Source: Bacilli bacterium | Lineage (GTDB): Bacteria; Bacillota_I; Bacilli_A; RF39; UBA660 | DNA length: 64,000 bases | Direction of reading: 5' to 3' | Assembly (NCBI GenBank): GCA_017941235.1 | Contig: JAGAWU010000025.1 | Coordinates: 29,860-93,859, forward strand | In this document: one piece after another, positions 1 to 10,093 of the stretch | Position numbering within the stretch: position 1 is the first letter of the stretch | How the letters are laid out: every line of letters begins with the position of its first letter | Made by a program: the position numbers and the translations under genes | The notes under the pieces: model-generated | Databases searched by the model: none | Seen by the model: the letters and a program-made list of their open reading frames with translations, nothing else | What the model was told of the DNA's origin: nothing

Positions 1-309
1 TAGATAAAATAAATTTTCTTTCATTTCATCAAAACTTATTGATAAAGCACTACTCCTTAATATTATAATATAATCTTTGGAATTTACATAGTGTTTTCTA
101 TATATATCTATAATACTTCTAATTTTTCTTTTGTATTTATTTCTTATTACTGCATTTCCTATCTTTTTTCCTACTGAGATACCAAAGCAATCATATCCTT
201 TTTTGTTTTCTATATTATATATAACAAAATATTTATTCTTTTTACAAAATCCATTTTTTATAATATTATTAAATTCTTCTTTAGTTTTTACAATATTCTT
301 TTTTTTCAT
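1..309 (-). CDS. rnpA: RNase P protein component (3' end runs off left window edge)
   Basis: Minus-strand frame from ATG (rc of cat 307-309) reads MKKKNIVKTKEEFNNIIKNGFCKKNKYFVIYNIENKKGYDCFGISVGKKIGNAVIRNKYKRKIRSII..., the RnpA signature (GISV-KK-GNAV-RN--KR). It sits directly downstream of rpmH, as in most bacteria. It has no stop in the window, so it is absent from the ORF track. Confidence 0.8.
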   Translation of the reverse strand, partial: MKKKNIVKTKEEFNNIIKNGFCKKNKYFVIYNIENKKGYDCFGISVGKKIGNAVIRNKYKRKIRSIIDIYRKHYVNSKDYIIILRSSALSISFDEMKENLFYL

Positions 310-353
310 AAACTCTCCTTATATTTAAAAAAACCACTATTTACACAGTGGAA

Positions 354-476
354 TTATTTACAAAGAGTTTTACGACCTTTGCGACGACGACGATTTAATA
401 TATTTGTTTTTTTACGTGCAAAAAAACCTAATTTCTTCTTTTTATTACGATTATTTGGTTGATAAGTTCTCTTCAT
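354..476 (-). CDS. rpmH: 50S ribosomal protein L34
   Basis: The reverse complement translates to MKRTYQPNNRNKKKKLGFFARKKTNILNRRRRKGRKTLCK*. It has the L34 N-terminal MKRTYQP motif and an arginine-rich tail. An SD (ggaggtgg, rc of 481-488) lies just upstream. It is too short for the ORF track. Confidence 0.9.
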   Translation of the reverse strand: MKRTYQPNNRNKKKKLGFFARKKTNILNRRRRKGRKTLCK

Positions 477-976
477 TTTTTTCCACCTCCAGACATAAAT
501 CTACATTATTATAATAAAAAAAATGATATTTTGTCAACAAAATGCTTAAAATTTTATTGTTTGATAAATTAAATTATTATTTATTCCACATTATTAACAT
601 TGATGTTAAAAACTTTTATAACTATGTTAATTCTATTTTTGTGGAAAATGTGGAAAATATAAAAAGTTGTTATTATTAGGGATTTTTGTATGTGGATTTT
701 TTTGGGGATTTTATGTTAACTCAAAATTTCACGAATAAATTATTTTCTTTATTGTTATAATTTTTGTTAAAAAATAAATATATTTCTTCTGTAATCTTTG
801 ATTATATTTAGTATTTATGGTTTGTTTATTACTATATATTATTTTTATCCTTTATTTATAAGGGTTTTCTTACTTTTTTTTTATAATTTAAATTTTTTTT
901 CATTTTTTTGTTTCTTTTTTTAAATTTTTGAATTAGAATAGTGTTGTAAATTTTACTTTTTGGGGAGGATGGTATA
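477..976. promoter_or_regulatory. oriC upstream half / dnaA promoter region with DnaA boxes
   Basis: This is the rpmH-dnaA spacer. Two abutting TGTGGAAAA 9-mers lie at 640-648 and 649-657 (rc TTTTCCACA, 1 mismatch to TTATCCACA). Weaker boxes are TATTCCACA at 582-590 and TGTGGATTT at 691-699. GGATTTTT occurs three times across 679-713, and extreme A/T tracts span 780-960. Confidence 0.6.
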
Positions 977-2350
977 ATGAATGTAGAAGTATTATGGCAA
1001 AAATTCTTAGATAATATAAAGAATGAGTTATCCTCCTTAGCTTTTGATACTTGGTTTAAATCTTCTAAATTGTATAAGATTGAAAATGGGATAGCAATTA
1101 TAATTGTTCCTATGCAAATTCATAAGAAGCATATGGAAGATAATTATTTAGAGCAAATAAAAGAAATATTTAATAGAATTACTGAGACTAATTTTGAAAT
1201 TGAGTTTTTATTAGAAGAGGAAGTTGAAAAATTAGAAAAGAAAGCACAAGAAATAAAGAGTGAACAAATACCTGCTGGAATTCCAAAAATGAGTAGAGAA
1301 CAAAGCAATTTGAAACCTGAATATACATTTGATAATTTTATAGTTGGAAACAGTAATAAATTTGCTCATGCTGCTGCACTTTCTGTAGCTGAAAATCCTG
1401 GAAAAATGTATAATCCTTTGTTTTTATATGGTAATAGTGGTTTAGGTAAAACTCATTTAATGCATGCTATTGGTAATTATATTTCTCAAAATAGTAATAG
1501 AAGAGTATTATATGTATCAAGTAATGATTTTATTAACGATTTCGTAAAAATACAAAGAAAAAGTCAAAAAGATAATAATATGGATAATATGGATTTTTTC
1601 AAATCAAAATATAGAGATATAGATGTATTAATAATAGATGATATTCAGTATTTAGGTGGTGCAAATGCTACACAACAGGAATTCTTTCATACTTTTAATA
1701 CTTTATATAGTGATTCAAAGCAAATTATTATTTCATCTGATAAATCTCCTGATGATTTACAAAAACTCGAAGATAGGCTTAAAACTAGGTTTTGCTGGGG
1801 TCTTACAGTAAATATTTTTCCACCTGATTATAATTTAAAAGTCGAAATATTGAGAAAGAAGATTATTTCTGGTAATATAGAACAAAAGATTAATGATGAT
1901 GTAATAGAATATATGGCTTCTAATATTGGTAGTGATGTTAGGCATTTAGAAGGGGCTATGACACGATTAGTAGCATACTCAGCTATGATGGGTGGAGCTG
2001 AAATTAATCTAGATCTTGCTATAGAAGCATTAAAAGACTTTATAAGTAATGGTATATGTGAAAAAGATGATATTCATCGTATACAAAAAGTTGTTGCTGA
2101 AGAATTTCAAATTTCTGTAGAAGATATGAGAAGTAAAAAAAGAAATGCTAATATTGCTTATCCAAGGCAAATAGCAATGTATCTATGTAGAAAATTAACC
2201 TCTGAGTCTTTTCCTAAAATTGGTACAGATTTCGGTGGTAAAGATCATTCAACTGTTATGTTTTCAGTAGAGAAAATAGAAAAAGAAATGAAAGAAAATC
2301 CAGATTTAGTTAAGACAATTAATAAGTGTATTGAGCGAATAGAGAAGTAA
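977..2350 (+). CDS. dnaA: chromosomal replication initiator DnaA
   Basis: 457 aa. Walker A is GNSGLGKTHL and the AAA+ box is LIIDDIQYL. The C-terminal DnaA-box-binding domain reads ...IAYPRQIAMYLCRKLT..S.PKIG..FGGKDHSTV. SD ggggagga lies upstream. Confidence 0.97.
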   Translation: MNVEVLWQKFLDNIKNELSSLAFDTWFKSSKLYKIENGIAIIIVPMQIHKKHMEDNYLEQIKEIFNRITETNFEIEFLLEEEVEKLEKKAQEIKSEQIPAGIPKMSREQSNLKPEYTFDNFIVGNSNKFAHAAALSVAENPGKMYNPLFLYGNSGLGKTHLMHAIGNYISQNSNRRVLYVSSNDFINDFVKIQRKSQKDNNMDNMDFFKSKYRDIDVLIIDDIQYLGGANATQQEFFHTFNTLYSDSKQIIISSDKSPDDLQKLEDRLKTRFCWGLTVNIFPPDYNLKVEILRKKIISGNIEQKINDDVIEYMASNIGSDVRHLEGAMTRLVAYSAMMGGAEINLDLAIEALKDFISNGICEKDDIHRIQKVVAEEFQISVEDMRSKKRNANIAYPRQIAMYLCRKLTSESFPKIGTDFGGKDHSTVMFSVEKIEKEMKENPDLVKTINKCIERIEK

Positions 2351-2488
2351 TTGTTAAAAAAAACTAAAAAATGAGTTTTTTTCCACATAGTAAATTTTTA
2401 AAAATAGGTTATAATATAAAGAAAAAGTCAGTTATTAACTTTTTCCACAGTAATAATAACAATAATAATTAAGAAAGAAGGAATTAAT
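2351..2488. promoter_or_regulatory. oriC downstream half (dnaA-dnaN spacer) with DnaA boxes and TAA-triplet run
   Basis: TTTTCCACA occurs at 2379-2387 and 2441-2449. The second box is followed after 1 nt by TAA TAA TAA CAA TAA TAA (2451-2468). The spacer between the boxes is AT-rich. This is the location where B. subtilis unwinds. Confidence 0.55.
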
Positions 2489-3619
2489 ATGAAATTAACA
2501 ATTAAAAAAGAAATTTTACTAGATGCTTTAAATAAGGTATCAAAAGCAATTTCAACTAAGAATCTTATACCTGTTTTAGCAGGTATCAAATTTGAACTTA
2601 CAAAGAAAAGATTAACTTTAACAGCTTCTGATAATGAAATTACAATTCAAACATATATAGATTGTAATAACAATGATGATGTTATTGTTGGTGATGAAGG
2701 TAATATTATTATTCAAGGAAAATATGTTTTAGATATTGTTAGAAAATTACCAGATGAATTTATTAATATAGAAGTTATTGATGAATTAAAAATTTTAATT
2801 TATACAGAAAATAGTGAATTTAATTTAAATGGTATATCAGAAAGTGAATATCCTTCTATTAATTTAGAAGAAAGTAAGAAAAAAATTGATGTAAGTTGTA
2901 GTGTATTTAAGGATATTGTTAATCAAACAGCTTTTGCTGCCTCAAATGAAGAGACGAAACCTGTTCTTACTGGGATTAACTTTAATATAGTTGGTGATAT
3001 TTTAGAATGTAATTGTACAGATAGTTATAGATTAGCAAGAAAAGTAGTAAAATTAAATAAGGCTAGTGAAGAAAATTATAATATAGTTATTCCAAGTCAT
3101 AATATTATTGAGTTTTCAAGATTAATTAATGATTCTGAAGATGATATAGTAGAAGTTCATATTTTCAATAATAAAGTTTTATTTAAATATGGGTCTTTAT
3201 TATTTCAAACTCGTTTAATTAATGGAACTTATCCAAATACAAGTAATTTGTTGCCAACTGAAGTTAATTTAGTTATTACTGCTAATTTAAATGAATTTTA
3301 TAGTGTTATTGATAGAGCAAGTATTCTTACAAGTGATAAAGATAAAAATATAGTTACACTTGAGACTGATGGTGATACTTTATTATTAAAATCTTCTTCA
3401 TTAGAAATTGGAAGAGTTGAGGAAAAAATGAGAATTAGTAAAAGTAATAAAGATGATATTAGAATATCATTTAGTGCTAAGTATATGATGGAAGCATTAA
3501 AATCATTTAATTCAGATACTATTGATATCAATTATGTTGGTGAAGTAAAACCAATTATTGTTAAATCAAGTGAAGACGAAACTTTAACTCAATTAGTCTT
3601 ACCAATTAGGACATATTAA
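2489..3619 (+). CDS. dnaN: DNA polymerase III beta sliding clamp
   Basis: 376 aa. The N-terminus MKLTIKKEILLDALNKVSKAISTKNLIPVLAGIKFEL is typical of the beta clamp. It occupies the conserved position after dnaA. Confidence 0.96.
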   Translation: MKLTIKKEILLDALNKVSKAISTKNLIPVLAGIKFELTKKRLTLTASDNEITIQTYIDCNNNDDVIVGDEGNIIIQGKYVLDIVRKLPDEFINIEVIDELKILIYTENSEFNLNGISESEYPSINLEESKKKIDVSCSVFKDIVNQTAFAASNEETKPVLTGINFNIVGDILECNCTDSYRLARKVVKLNKASEENYNIVIPSHNIIEFSRLINDSEDDIVEVHIFNNKVLFKYGSLLFQTRLINGTYPNTSNLLPTEVNLVITANLNEFYSVIDRASILTSDKDKNIVTLETDGDTLLLKSSSLEIGRVEEKMRISKSNKDDIRISFSAKYMMEALKSFNSDTIDINYVGEVKPIIVKSSEDETLTQLVLPIRTY

Positions 3620-3625
3620 TACTTT

Positions 3626-3653
3626 AATCCACATTCTTTGTGGATTTTTTTTT
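3626..3653 (+). terminator. rho-independent terminator after dnaN
   Basis: Hairpin aatccaca-ttctt-tgtggatt (3626-3646) followed by a T-run. Both arms are DnaA-box-like. Confidence 0.7.
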
Positions 3654-3750
3654 ATTTTTTTATTAGTGACATATTTTGACATTTTTTTCACATTTTTTGT
3701 GGTAAATTCTTTTTGAAAGCAAAAATTATGCTTTCTTAAGGGGGATAAAA

Positions 3751-4206
3751 ATGAAAGAATATGAAATTAATGAAGGAACGCTTGCAATAATTGCAAATGG
3801 TAAAGGAAAAAGTAGAATTATAGAAGATTCTAATAATTATGTTGTTGATCAAAGTCCTTTTGATGTTATGGAACACAGTTGTAAGTATTTTGGTAGTTCT
3901 TATGAAGGAAGAAAGCAGGGTTCAAAGGAAGTAATAGGTGCTAATTATAAATTACCTATTATAGTAGAAGATGGAAGAAATTTAGTGTTTTTCCCGACAA
4001 CTTCAATAGAAGATGAAGAGTGTATGTGGATTGCAGTCAATAAAATTAAAACATATGAACCATTTGATTATAATACTACTAAAATTACATTTTATACTAA
4101 TCAATTTATAATAATTCCATTATCATATAGATCTGTGCAAAATCAAATATTTAGAGCTACCAGATTAAGTTATATAATAAATGAACGAAAGAAAAAATCC
4201 AATTAA
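3751..4206 (+). CDS. comK: ComK-family competence transcription factor homologue
   Basis: 151 aa. It aligns by eye along its whole length with B. subtilis ComK: YEINEGTLAII vs YEVNGATIAVL; SCKYFGSSYEGRKQGSKEV...KLPIIVED...LVFFPTTS vs SCRFFGSSYAGRKAGTYEV...KPPIMVDP...IFLFPTLS; IIPLSYRSVQNQIFRATRL vs ELPISYNSFENQVYRTAWL. Confidence 0.85.
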   Translation: MKEYEINEGTLAIIANGKGKSRIIEDSNNYVVDQSPFDVMEHSCKYFGSSYEGRKQGSKEVIGANYKLPIIVEDGRNLVFFPTTSIEDEECMWIAVNKIKTYEPFDYNTTKITFYTNQFIIIPLSYRSVQNQIFRATRLSYIINERKKKSN

Positions 4207-4225
4207 CTTACTTGGATTTTTTTTT
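4193..4225 (+). terminator. rho-independent terminator overlapping comK stop
   Basis: aaaaatccaa (4193-4202) pairs with ttggattttt (4212-4221), followed by a T-run. Confidence 0.65.
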
Positions 4226-4353
4226 ATGAAAAAAGTTAAAATAATTTATAAAAAAATAGCTTTTTAGCCATTCTTATGATATAATATTAACGTATGTATA
4301 GGAATACCGAATAGGGGAATAGGTGATTTTATTGGTCGGATTTTAGTGTTTAA

Positions 4354-5466
4354 ATGAAATTAACAAAAATTAATCTATTAAATTTTAGAAATTATGGTAG
4401 ATTGAGTATTTCTCTTAATAAAAGTATGAATATTTTTATTGGAGATAATGCTCAAGGAAAAACTAATATATTAGAAGCTATTAGCTTTTTATCATTGACG
4501 AAATCTTTTAGAGTTATCAATGAACCTGATTTAATAAAATTTAGTAAAGAAAGAGCTGTTGTTAAGGGTAAAGTAAAAGATGAAAATAGTATAAAAGAGC
4601 TTGAAATTGATGTGGAAAAAGGCAAGAAGAGTTTATTTATAAATAAAACTCAAATTAGAAGGACATCTGATTATATTTCAAATTTAATTACTATATCATT
4701 TACTCCTGATGATTTAGAGATAATTAAAAGTTCCCCTAGTGTTAGAAGAAATATACTTAACATACAAATAAGTCAATTATCAAAAACGTATCTAATTACT
4801 TATAATGAATACAATAAGATTTTAAAAACTAGAAATGAATATTTGAAGACATTGTTTTCAAATTCATTAGCTGATAAGAACTATTTTGATATTTTGACTG
4901 ATAAATTAATTAGTAAAGCAGTTACCATATATAAAATGAGAAAAGAGTATATTGAGCTAGTTAATCAAAATATCAGTAGTATATATCAAAAAATTGGTTC
5001 TAGTAAAGAAAAATTAGTTTTAAAATATGAACCAAATGTAGAATTTTCAAGTTTTGAAGATGAATTAATAAAAGAAAAACTCATTAAAATTTATAAAAAA
5101 AATTATTTTAAAGAATTAAATAATGGGATGACTTTATTTGGTCCACATAGAGATGATTTTTCGTTTTATTTGGAAGATAAAAATTTAAAACTGTATGGTT
5201 CACAGGGACAACAAAAATTATCTGTTTTATGTTATAAAATCTCTGAAATAAGTATTTTTGAAAAAATACTAAAAACAAAACCCTTATTGTTATTTGATGA
5301 TATATTTAGTGAATTAGATATAAAAAAAAGAAATAAACTTTTAAAATATGTGCAGGAAGATATACAATCAATTATAACAACTACTGATATAAAAAATATT
5401 AATAAAAAATATTTAGATAATGCATATGTTTTTCAAGTAATTGATGGAAATATAATAAGAAAGTAG
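4354..5466 (+). CDS. recF: DNA replication/repair protein RecF
   Basis: 370 aa. N-terminus is LLNFRNY, Walker A is [14 protein letters not shown], and the signature is GSQGQQK...[11 protein letters not shown]. Confidence 0.95.
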   Translation: MKLTKINLLNFRNYGRLSISLNKSMNIFIGDNAQGKTNILEAISFLSLTKSFRVINEPDLIKFSKERAVVKGKVKDENSIKELEIDVEKGKKSLFINKTQIRRTSDYISNLITISFTPDDLEIIKSSPSVRRNILNIQISQLSKTYLITYNEYNKILKTRNEYLKTLFSNSLADKNYFDILTDKLISKAVTIYKMRKEYIELVNQNISSIYQKIGSSKEKLVLKYEPNVEFSSFEDELIKEKLIKIYKKNYFKELNNGMTLFGPHRDDFSFYLEDKNLKLYGSQGQQKLSVLCYKISEISIFEKILKTKPLLLFDDIFSELDIKKRNKLLKYVQEDIQSIITTTDIKNINKKYLDNAYVFQVIDGNIIRK

Positions 5467-5474
5467 GCATTAAT

Positions 5475-7412
5475 ATGGATATAGATGAAAAAGTAGAAAA
5501 CGAATATGATTCTTCGGCTATTCAAGTTTTAGAAGGATTAGAAGCTGTTAGAAAAAGACCAGGTATGTATATTGGTACTACTGATGTAAAAGGTTTACAT
5601 CACTTAGTTTGGGAAATAGTGGATAATTCAATTGATGAAGCTTTAGCTGGATTTTGTAATAATATTGAAATAATTATAAATAAAGATAATAGCATTACTG
5701 TAAAAGACGATGGACGTGGTATTCCGGTAGATGTGCATCCAAAAACTGGAAAAAGTACAGTAGAAACAGTTTATACTGTACTTCATGCTGGTGGAAAATT
5801 TGGTGGTGGAGGCTATAAAGTTTCAGGTGGTCTTCATGGAGTAGGAGCAAGTGTTGTTAATGCTTTATCAAAGTGGGTAGAGGTAAAAGTTTTTAAAAAT
5901 GGTAAAGTTCATTATATAAGATTTGAAAATGGTGGTCATACTGTTGAACCATTACGTGTTATAGATACATGCGAAGAAAATAGGACTGGTACATATGTAA
6001 CTTTTAAACCAGATCCTGAAATTTTTGATACTGACATTTATGATTATAATACATTGATGGTTAGAGTAAGAGAACTTGCTTTTTTAAATAAGGGATTACG
6101 TTTAACATTACGAGATGATAGAGATTTAGATGATACTACTGGTGAAACATTCTTATACGAAGGTGGAATTAGTGAATATGTTAAGTTTATAAATCAAGGA
6201 AAAACACCTATTCATGAGGATATTATTCATTTAGAAGGTGAAGAAAATGATGTAATGTTTGAAGTTGCTATGCAATATAATACAGGTTATAACGAGAATA
6301 TTTATTCATTTGTTAATAATATTAATACTCATGATGGAGGTACACATGAAGAAGGAGTTAGACGTGCTTTAACAAGAGTTATTAATAGTTATGCTAGAAA
6401 AGCTAATATATTAAAGGAAAAAGATGAGTCTTTAACTGGTGATGATGTTAAAGAAGGTTTAACAATGATTGTTTCTTGTAAACATCCAAATCCTCAATTT
6501 GAAGGACAGACAAAAGGGAGACTTGGAAATTCAGAGGTAAGAAAACTTGCTGATAATGTTTTCTCACAAGGCTTTGAGAAATTTTTACTTGAAAATCCGG
6601 ATGAAGCTCGTGCAATAGTTGAAAAGGCTATGCTTGCATGTCGTGCTAGAAATGCAGCAAAAAAAGCAAGAGAAATTACTAGAAAAAGTGATTTAGCTGT
6701 AACAAATTTCTTTGGAAAATTATCTGATTGTAAAAGTAAAGATCCAAAAGTATCTGAAATATTTATAGTCGAGGGAGATTCTGCCGGTGGTTCTGCTAAG
6801 AAAGGTAGAGATTCAATGACACAAGCTATTCTTCCTTTAAGAGGTAAAATACTTAATGTTGAAAAAAATAGACTTGATAGAGCATTAGGAAATGAAGAAA
6901 TTAGAACAATTATTACTGCATTTGGTACTGGTATAGGTGATGAATTTAATTTAGATAAATTAAGATATGATAAAATTATAATAATGACCGATGCCGATGT
7001 TGATGGTTCTCATATTAGAGTTCTTCTTCTAACATTATTTTATCGTTTCTTTAGACCTATAGTTGAAGCAGGACATGTATATGCTGCTCAACCTCCTTTA
7101 TTTAGAATTATGCATGGTAAAACAAGAAAATATGTATTAGATGAAGCTGAAAAGGAAGCATATTTAGCAACTCTTCCTGAAAATGTACGTCAAAGAGCTG
7201 AAATTGCACGTATGAAAGGTCTTGGAGAAATGGATGCTGAGGAACTTAATGAAACAACAATGGATATTGAAAAGCGTATTCTAAGAAAAATTACAGTTAA
7301 TGATTGTATGCTTGCAGATTCTATGTTTACTAAATTAATGGGTGAAGAAGTAGAACCAAGAAGAAAATTTATTGAGGAGAATGCTAGATTCGTTAAGAAT
7401 CTTGATATTTAG
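5475..7412 (+). CDS. gyrB: DNA gyrase subunit B
   Basis: 645 aa. Motifs: [65 protein letters not shown]. Confidence 0.98.
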   Translation: MDIDEKVENEYDSSAIQVLEGLEAVRKRPGMYIGTTDVKGLHHLVWEIVDNSIDEALAGFCNNIEIIINKDNSITVKDDGRGIPVDVHPKTGKSTVETVYTVLHAGGKFGGGGYKVSGGLHGVGASVVNALSKWVEVKVFKNGKVHYIRFENGGHTVEPLRVIDTCEENRTGTYVTFKPDPEIFDTDIYDYNTLMVRVRELAFLNKGLRLTLRDDRDLDDTTGETFLYEGGISEYVKFINQGKTPIHEDIIHLEGEENDVMFEVAMQYNTGYNENIYSFVNNINTHDGGTHEEGVRRALTRVINSYARKANILKEKDESLTGDDVKEGLTMIVSCKHPNPQFEGQTKGRLGNSEVRKLADNVFSQGFEKFLLENPDEARAIVEKAMLACRARNAAKKAREITRKSDLAVTNFFGKLSDCKSKDPKVSEIFIVEGDSAGGSAKKGRDSMTQAILPLRGKILNVEKNRLDRALGNEEIRTIITAFGTGIGDEFNLDKLRYDKIIIMTDADVDGSHIRVLLLTLFYRFFRPIVEAGHVYAAQPPLFRIMHGKTRKYVLDEAEKEAYLATLPENVRQRAEIARMKGLGEMDAEELNETTMDIEKRILRKITVNDCMLADSMFTKLMGEEVEPRRKFIEENARFVKNLDI

Positions 7413-7425
7413 GAGGTGAGTGTTG

Positions 7426-10047
7426 ATGAATAATGAAGAATTAAATAATATTGAAGAAAATATTAATAATGAAAAAGAAGTAATTGATAATAAAAAGATA
7501 GAATCTAATTCTGATGAATTTAATGGTACTTTTCATGAAAGAGACACTCATGATGTTAATGATATTGTAAAAGAAATTAGTGATTCATTTCTTGATTATT
7601 CTATGAGTGTAATCACTTCTCGTGCTATTCCTGATTTAAGAGATGGTTTAAAACCTGTTCATAGAAGAATTTTATGGTCTATGTTTGAAGAAGGAAATAC
7701 TCCTGATAAGCCTCATAAAAAGAGTGCTACTACTGTTGGTTATGTTATGGGACATTATCATCCACATGGTGATAGTTCTATATATGAAGCTATGGTTAGA
7801 CTTGCACAAGATTTTAATCAAAGATATATGATGGTAGATGGGCATGGTAACTTTGGTAATATTGAAGGTGATGGCGCAGCTGCATATCGTTATACTGAAG
7901 CTAGACTTTCTAAGATTTCATTGGAAATGCTTAGGGATATTCGTAAAAATACTGTTGATATGATGCCAAACTTTGATGAAACTAGCCCTGAACCTACAGT
8001 TTTACCTTCAAGAATTCCTAATGTTTTAGTAAATGGTTCTATGGGAATTGCTGTTGGTATGGCTACAAATATTCCACCTCATAACTTAAGTGAAGTTATT
8101 GATGGATGTGTTGCTTATATTGATAATCCTGATATTGATACTTTAGGACTTATGAATTATATTAAGGGACCTGATTTTCCTACTGGTGGTATTATTTTGG
8201 GAAATTCTGGTATTAAACAGGCTTATGAAACTGGTAGAGGTAGTATTACTATACGTAGTAGAGCACAAATTGAAGAATCTGGTAATCATCATCAAATTGT
8301 TATTACAGAGGTTCCATATGGTGTTAATACTATGGATTTAAAAAATAAGGTAGCTGAGCTTGTTCATAATAAGACTATTGAGGGTATATCTGATTACCAT
8401 ACTGATTTAAAAGATGGTGTTAAGATTACTATTACATTAAAGAAAGAAGCAAATCCTCAAGTTGTTTTAAATAATTTATATAAGCATACTAATTTTCAGG
8501 TTAATTATGGGATTATATTTTTAGTTATTGATATGGGTACTCCTAAAACTTTAGGTTTAAAGGAAATAATTGCTAAATATATAGATCATCAAAAGGAAGT
8601 TATTATTAGAAGAACTAAATTTGATTTAAATAAGGCTGAAGAACGTGTTCATATCTTAGAAGGTTATAAGAAAGCTTTAGATAATTTAGATGAAGTAATA
8701 TCTATAATTAGAAATGCTGAAACTGATGTTGAAGCTAAAGAAAAATTAATTTCTAAATTCAATTTTACTGAGATTCAAGCTGATAGTATACTTGAATTAA
8801 AATTACGTCGTTTAACAGGCTTAGAGCGCGAAAAGATTGAGAATGAGTTAAAGGACTTACTTGCTCTAATAAGTGATTTAAAAGCCATTTTAGCTGATGA
8901 AAAACGCGTATTAGAGATTATCAAGAATGAATTATTAGAGATTAAGAATAAATATGGTGATGAGAGACGTACTTCAATCGATATGACTGCTATTGATTAT
9001 ATTGAAGATGAATCTTTAATACCTGTTGAAGATATTATAGTCACATTAACTAATAAGGGTTATATAAAACGTCTTAAATCTGATGTTTATAAAACTCAGA
9101 ATCGTGGTGGCGTTGGAATTAAGGGTATGTCGACAAATGAAGAAGATGTTGTTGAACATTTAATTTCGGCTAAGACACATGATTATATGTTATTCTTCTC
9201 AGATAAAGGTAAGGTATATAGAATAAAAGGATATGAAATACCTGAGTTTAGTAGACAATCTAAAGGTTTACCAATTATTAATTTATTACCATTAGAAAAA
9301 GATGAGAACATTAGTTCGATTATTAATATTTCTTCAGAAGATAATGATTATAAATATCTTGTATTTATAACAAAGAATGGTTTAGTTAAGAAGACTGCTA
9401 TTGAAGAATATGATAATATCAGAAATAGTGGTAAGATTGCTATTAATTTACGTGAAAATGATCAATTGATAAGTGTAAGAAAGACTACTGGTAATGATGA
9501 AATTGTTATTGGTGCAAGTAATGGTCGTTTAGTTCGTTTTAACGAGGAAGAAGCTAGACCAATGGGTAGAACTTCATCTGGTGTTAAAGGTATAGAATTA
9601 GATGGGGCATTTGTTGTAGGTGGAGAAGTTATTCACTCTGATGATTTGATATTAATTGTTACTGATAAAGGTTATGGTAAGCAAACTGATATTAATGAAT
9701 ATAGATTAACTCATAGGGGAAGTAAAGGTGTAAAGGCACTTAATTTAACTGATAAAAATGGTTCTATGATTGCACTAAAAAGAATTGCTTCTAACCAAAA
9801 ATTAGATTTGATGATTATTACTGATAGTGGTATGGTAATGAGAATGCCGCTTGAACAAGTTTCTACATTAAAAAGAGCAACTCAAGGTTTGAGATTAATA
9901 AAATTAAGAGATGATCAATTGGTTGCTAATGTTGCATTAGTTGAAAAATTTGAAGAGGAATCGGATAATGAAAATAAAGATAATAATGAGGATAATTCAG
10001 CTAGTGATATTAATAGTAACAATGTTAATGACGATTCAAAAGAATAA
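7426..10047 (+). CDS. gyrA: DNA gyrase subunit A
   Basis: Motifs: YSMSVITSRAIPDLRDGLKPVHRRIL, HPHGDSSIYEAMVRLAQDF, and the active-site AAAYRYTEARL. The ORF track starts at GTG 7420, but SD aggagg (7411-7416) fits ATG 7426 better. It has a long N/E-rich N-terminal extension and an acidic C-tail. Confidence 0.96.
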   Translation: MNNEELNNIEENINNEKEVIDNKKIESNSDEFNGTFHERDTHDVNDIVKEISDSFLDYSMSVITSRAIPDLRDGLKPVHRRILWSMFEEGNTPDKPHKKSATTVGYVMGHYHPHGDSSIYEAMVRLAQDFNQRYMMVDGHGNFGNIEGDGAAAYRYTEARLSKISLEMLRDIRKNTVDMMPNFDETSPEPTVLPSRIPNVLVNGSMGIAVGMATNIPPHNLSEVIDGCVAYIDNPDIDTLGLMNYIKGPDFPTGGIILGNSGIKQAYETGRGSITIRSRAQIEESGNHHQIVITEVPYGVNTMDLKNKVAELVHNKTIEGISDYHTDLKDGVKITITLKKEANPQVVLNNLYKHTNFQVNYGIIFLVIDMGTPKTLGLKEIIAKYIDHQKEVIIRRTKFDLNKAEERVHILEGYKKALDNLDEVISIIRNAETDVEAKEKLISKFNFTEIQADSILELKLRRLTGLEREKIENELKDLLALISDLKAILADEKRVLEIIKNELLEIKNKYGDERRTSIDMTAIDYIEDESLIPVEDIIVTLTNKGYIKRLKSDVYKTQNRGGVGIKGMSTNEEDVVEHLISAKTHDYMLFFSDKGKVYRIKGYEIPEFSRQSKGLPIINLLPLEKDENISSIINISSEDNDYKYLVFITKNGLVKKTAIEEYDNIRNSGKIAINLRENDQLISVRKTTGNDEIVIGASNGRLVRFNEEEARPMGRTSSGVKGIELDGAFVVGGEVIHSDDLILIVTDKGYGKQTDINEYRLTHRGSKGVKALNLTDKNGSMIALKRIASNQKLDLMIITDSGMVMRMPLEQVSTLKRATQGLRLIKLRDDQLVANVALVEKFEEESDNENKDNNEDNSASDINSNNVNDDSKE

Positions 10048-10066
10048 ATTTAATTTTTAAAGAAAA

Positions 10067-10092
10067 AGGGATGTTTTCATACATCTCTTTTT
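10067..10092 (+). terminator. rho-independent terminator after gyrA
   Basis: agggatgt (10067-10074) pairs with acatctct (10081-10088, one G-T pair), then TTTT. The T-run merges into the first parS palindrome. Confidence 0.65.
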
Positions 10093-10093
10093 A

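Noticed and set aside
131-328. ORF-track + strand ORF of 65 aa (MYLFLITAFPIFF...)
   Set aside because: It lies antisense to a clear rnpA reading frame. Its Phe/Ile-rich composition is typical of the complement of a Lys/Asn-rich gene, and it has no SD.
3298-3531. Antisense or alternative-frame ORFs in the track. Minus strand: 3298-3531, 11051-11245, 11597-11782, 16461-16661, 19125-19430, 20769-21032, 23081-23350, 28271-28474, 29154-29342, 31628-31825, 33924-34127, 35093-35404, 42480-42746, 45030-45224, 45536-45757, 48692-48934, 55557-55751, 61003-61191. Plus strand: 45565-45807, 56816-57016, 60157-60411.
   Set aside because: All are embedded in well-supported conserved genes on the other strand or frame. 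They lack SD sequences and have low-complexity compositions expected from shadow frames in AT-rich DNA.
4321-4357. Possible short uORF (SD aggtgat, ATT 4331 ... TGA 4355-4357) overlapping the recF ATG in an ATGA arrangement. It might couple translation of recF, which has no SD of its own.
   Set aside because: It requires a non-canonical ATT start with tight SD spacing, and the peptide is only 8 codons. There is no independent support.
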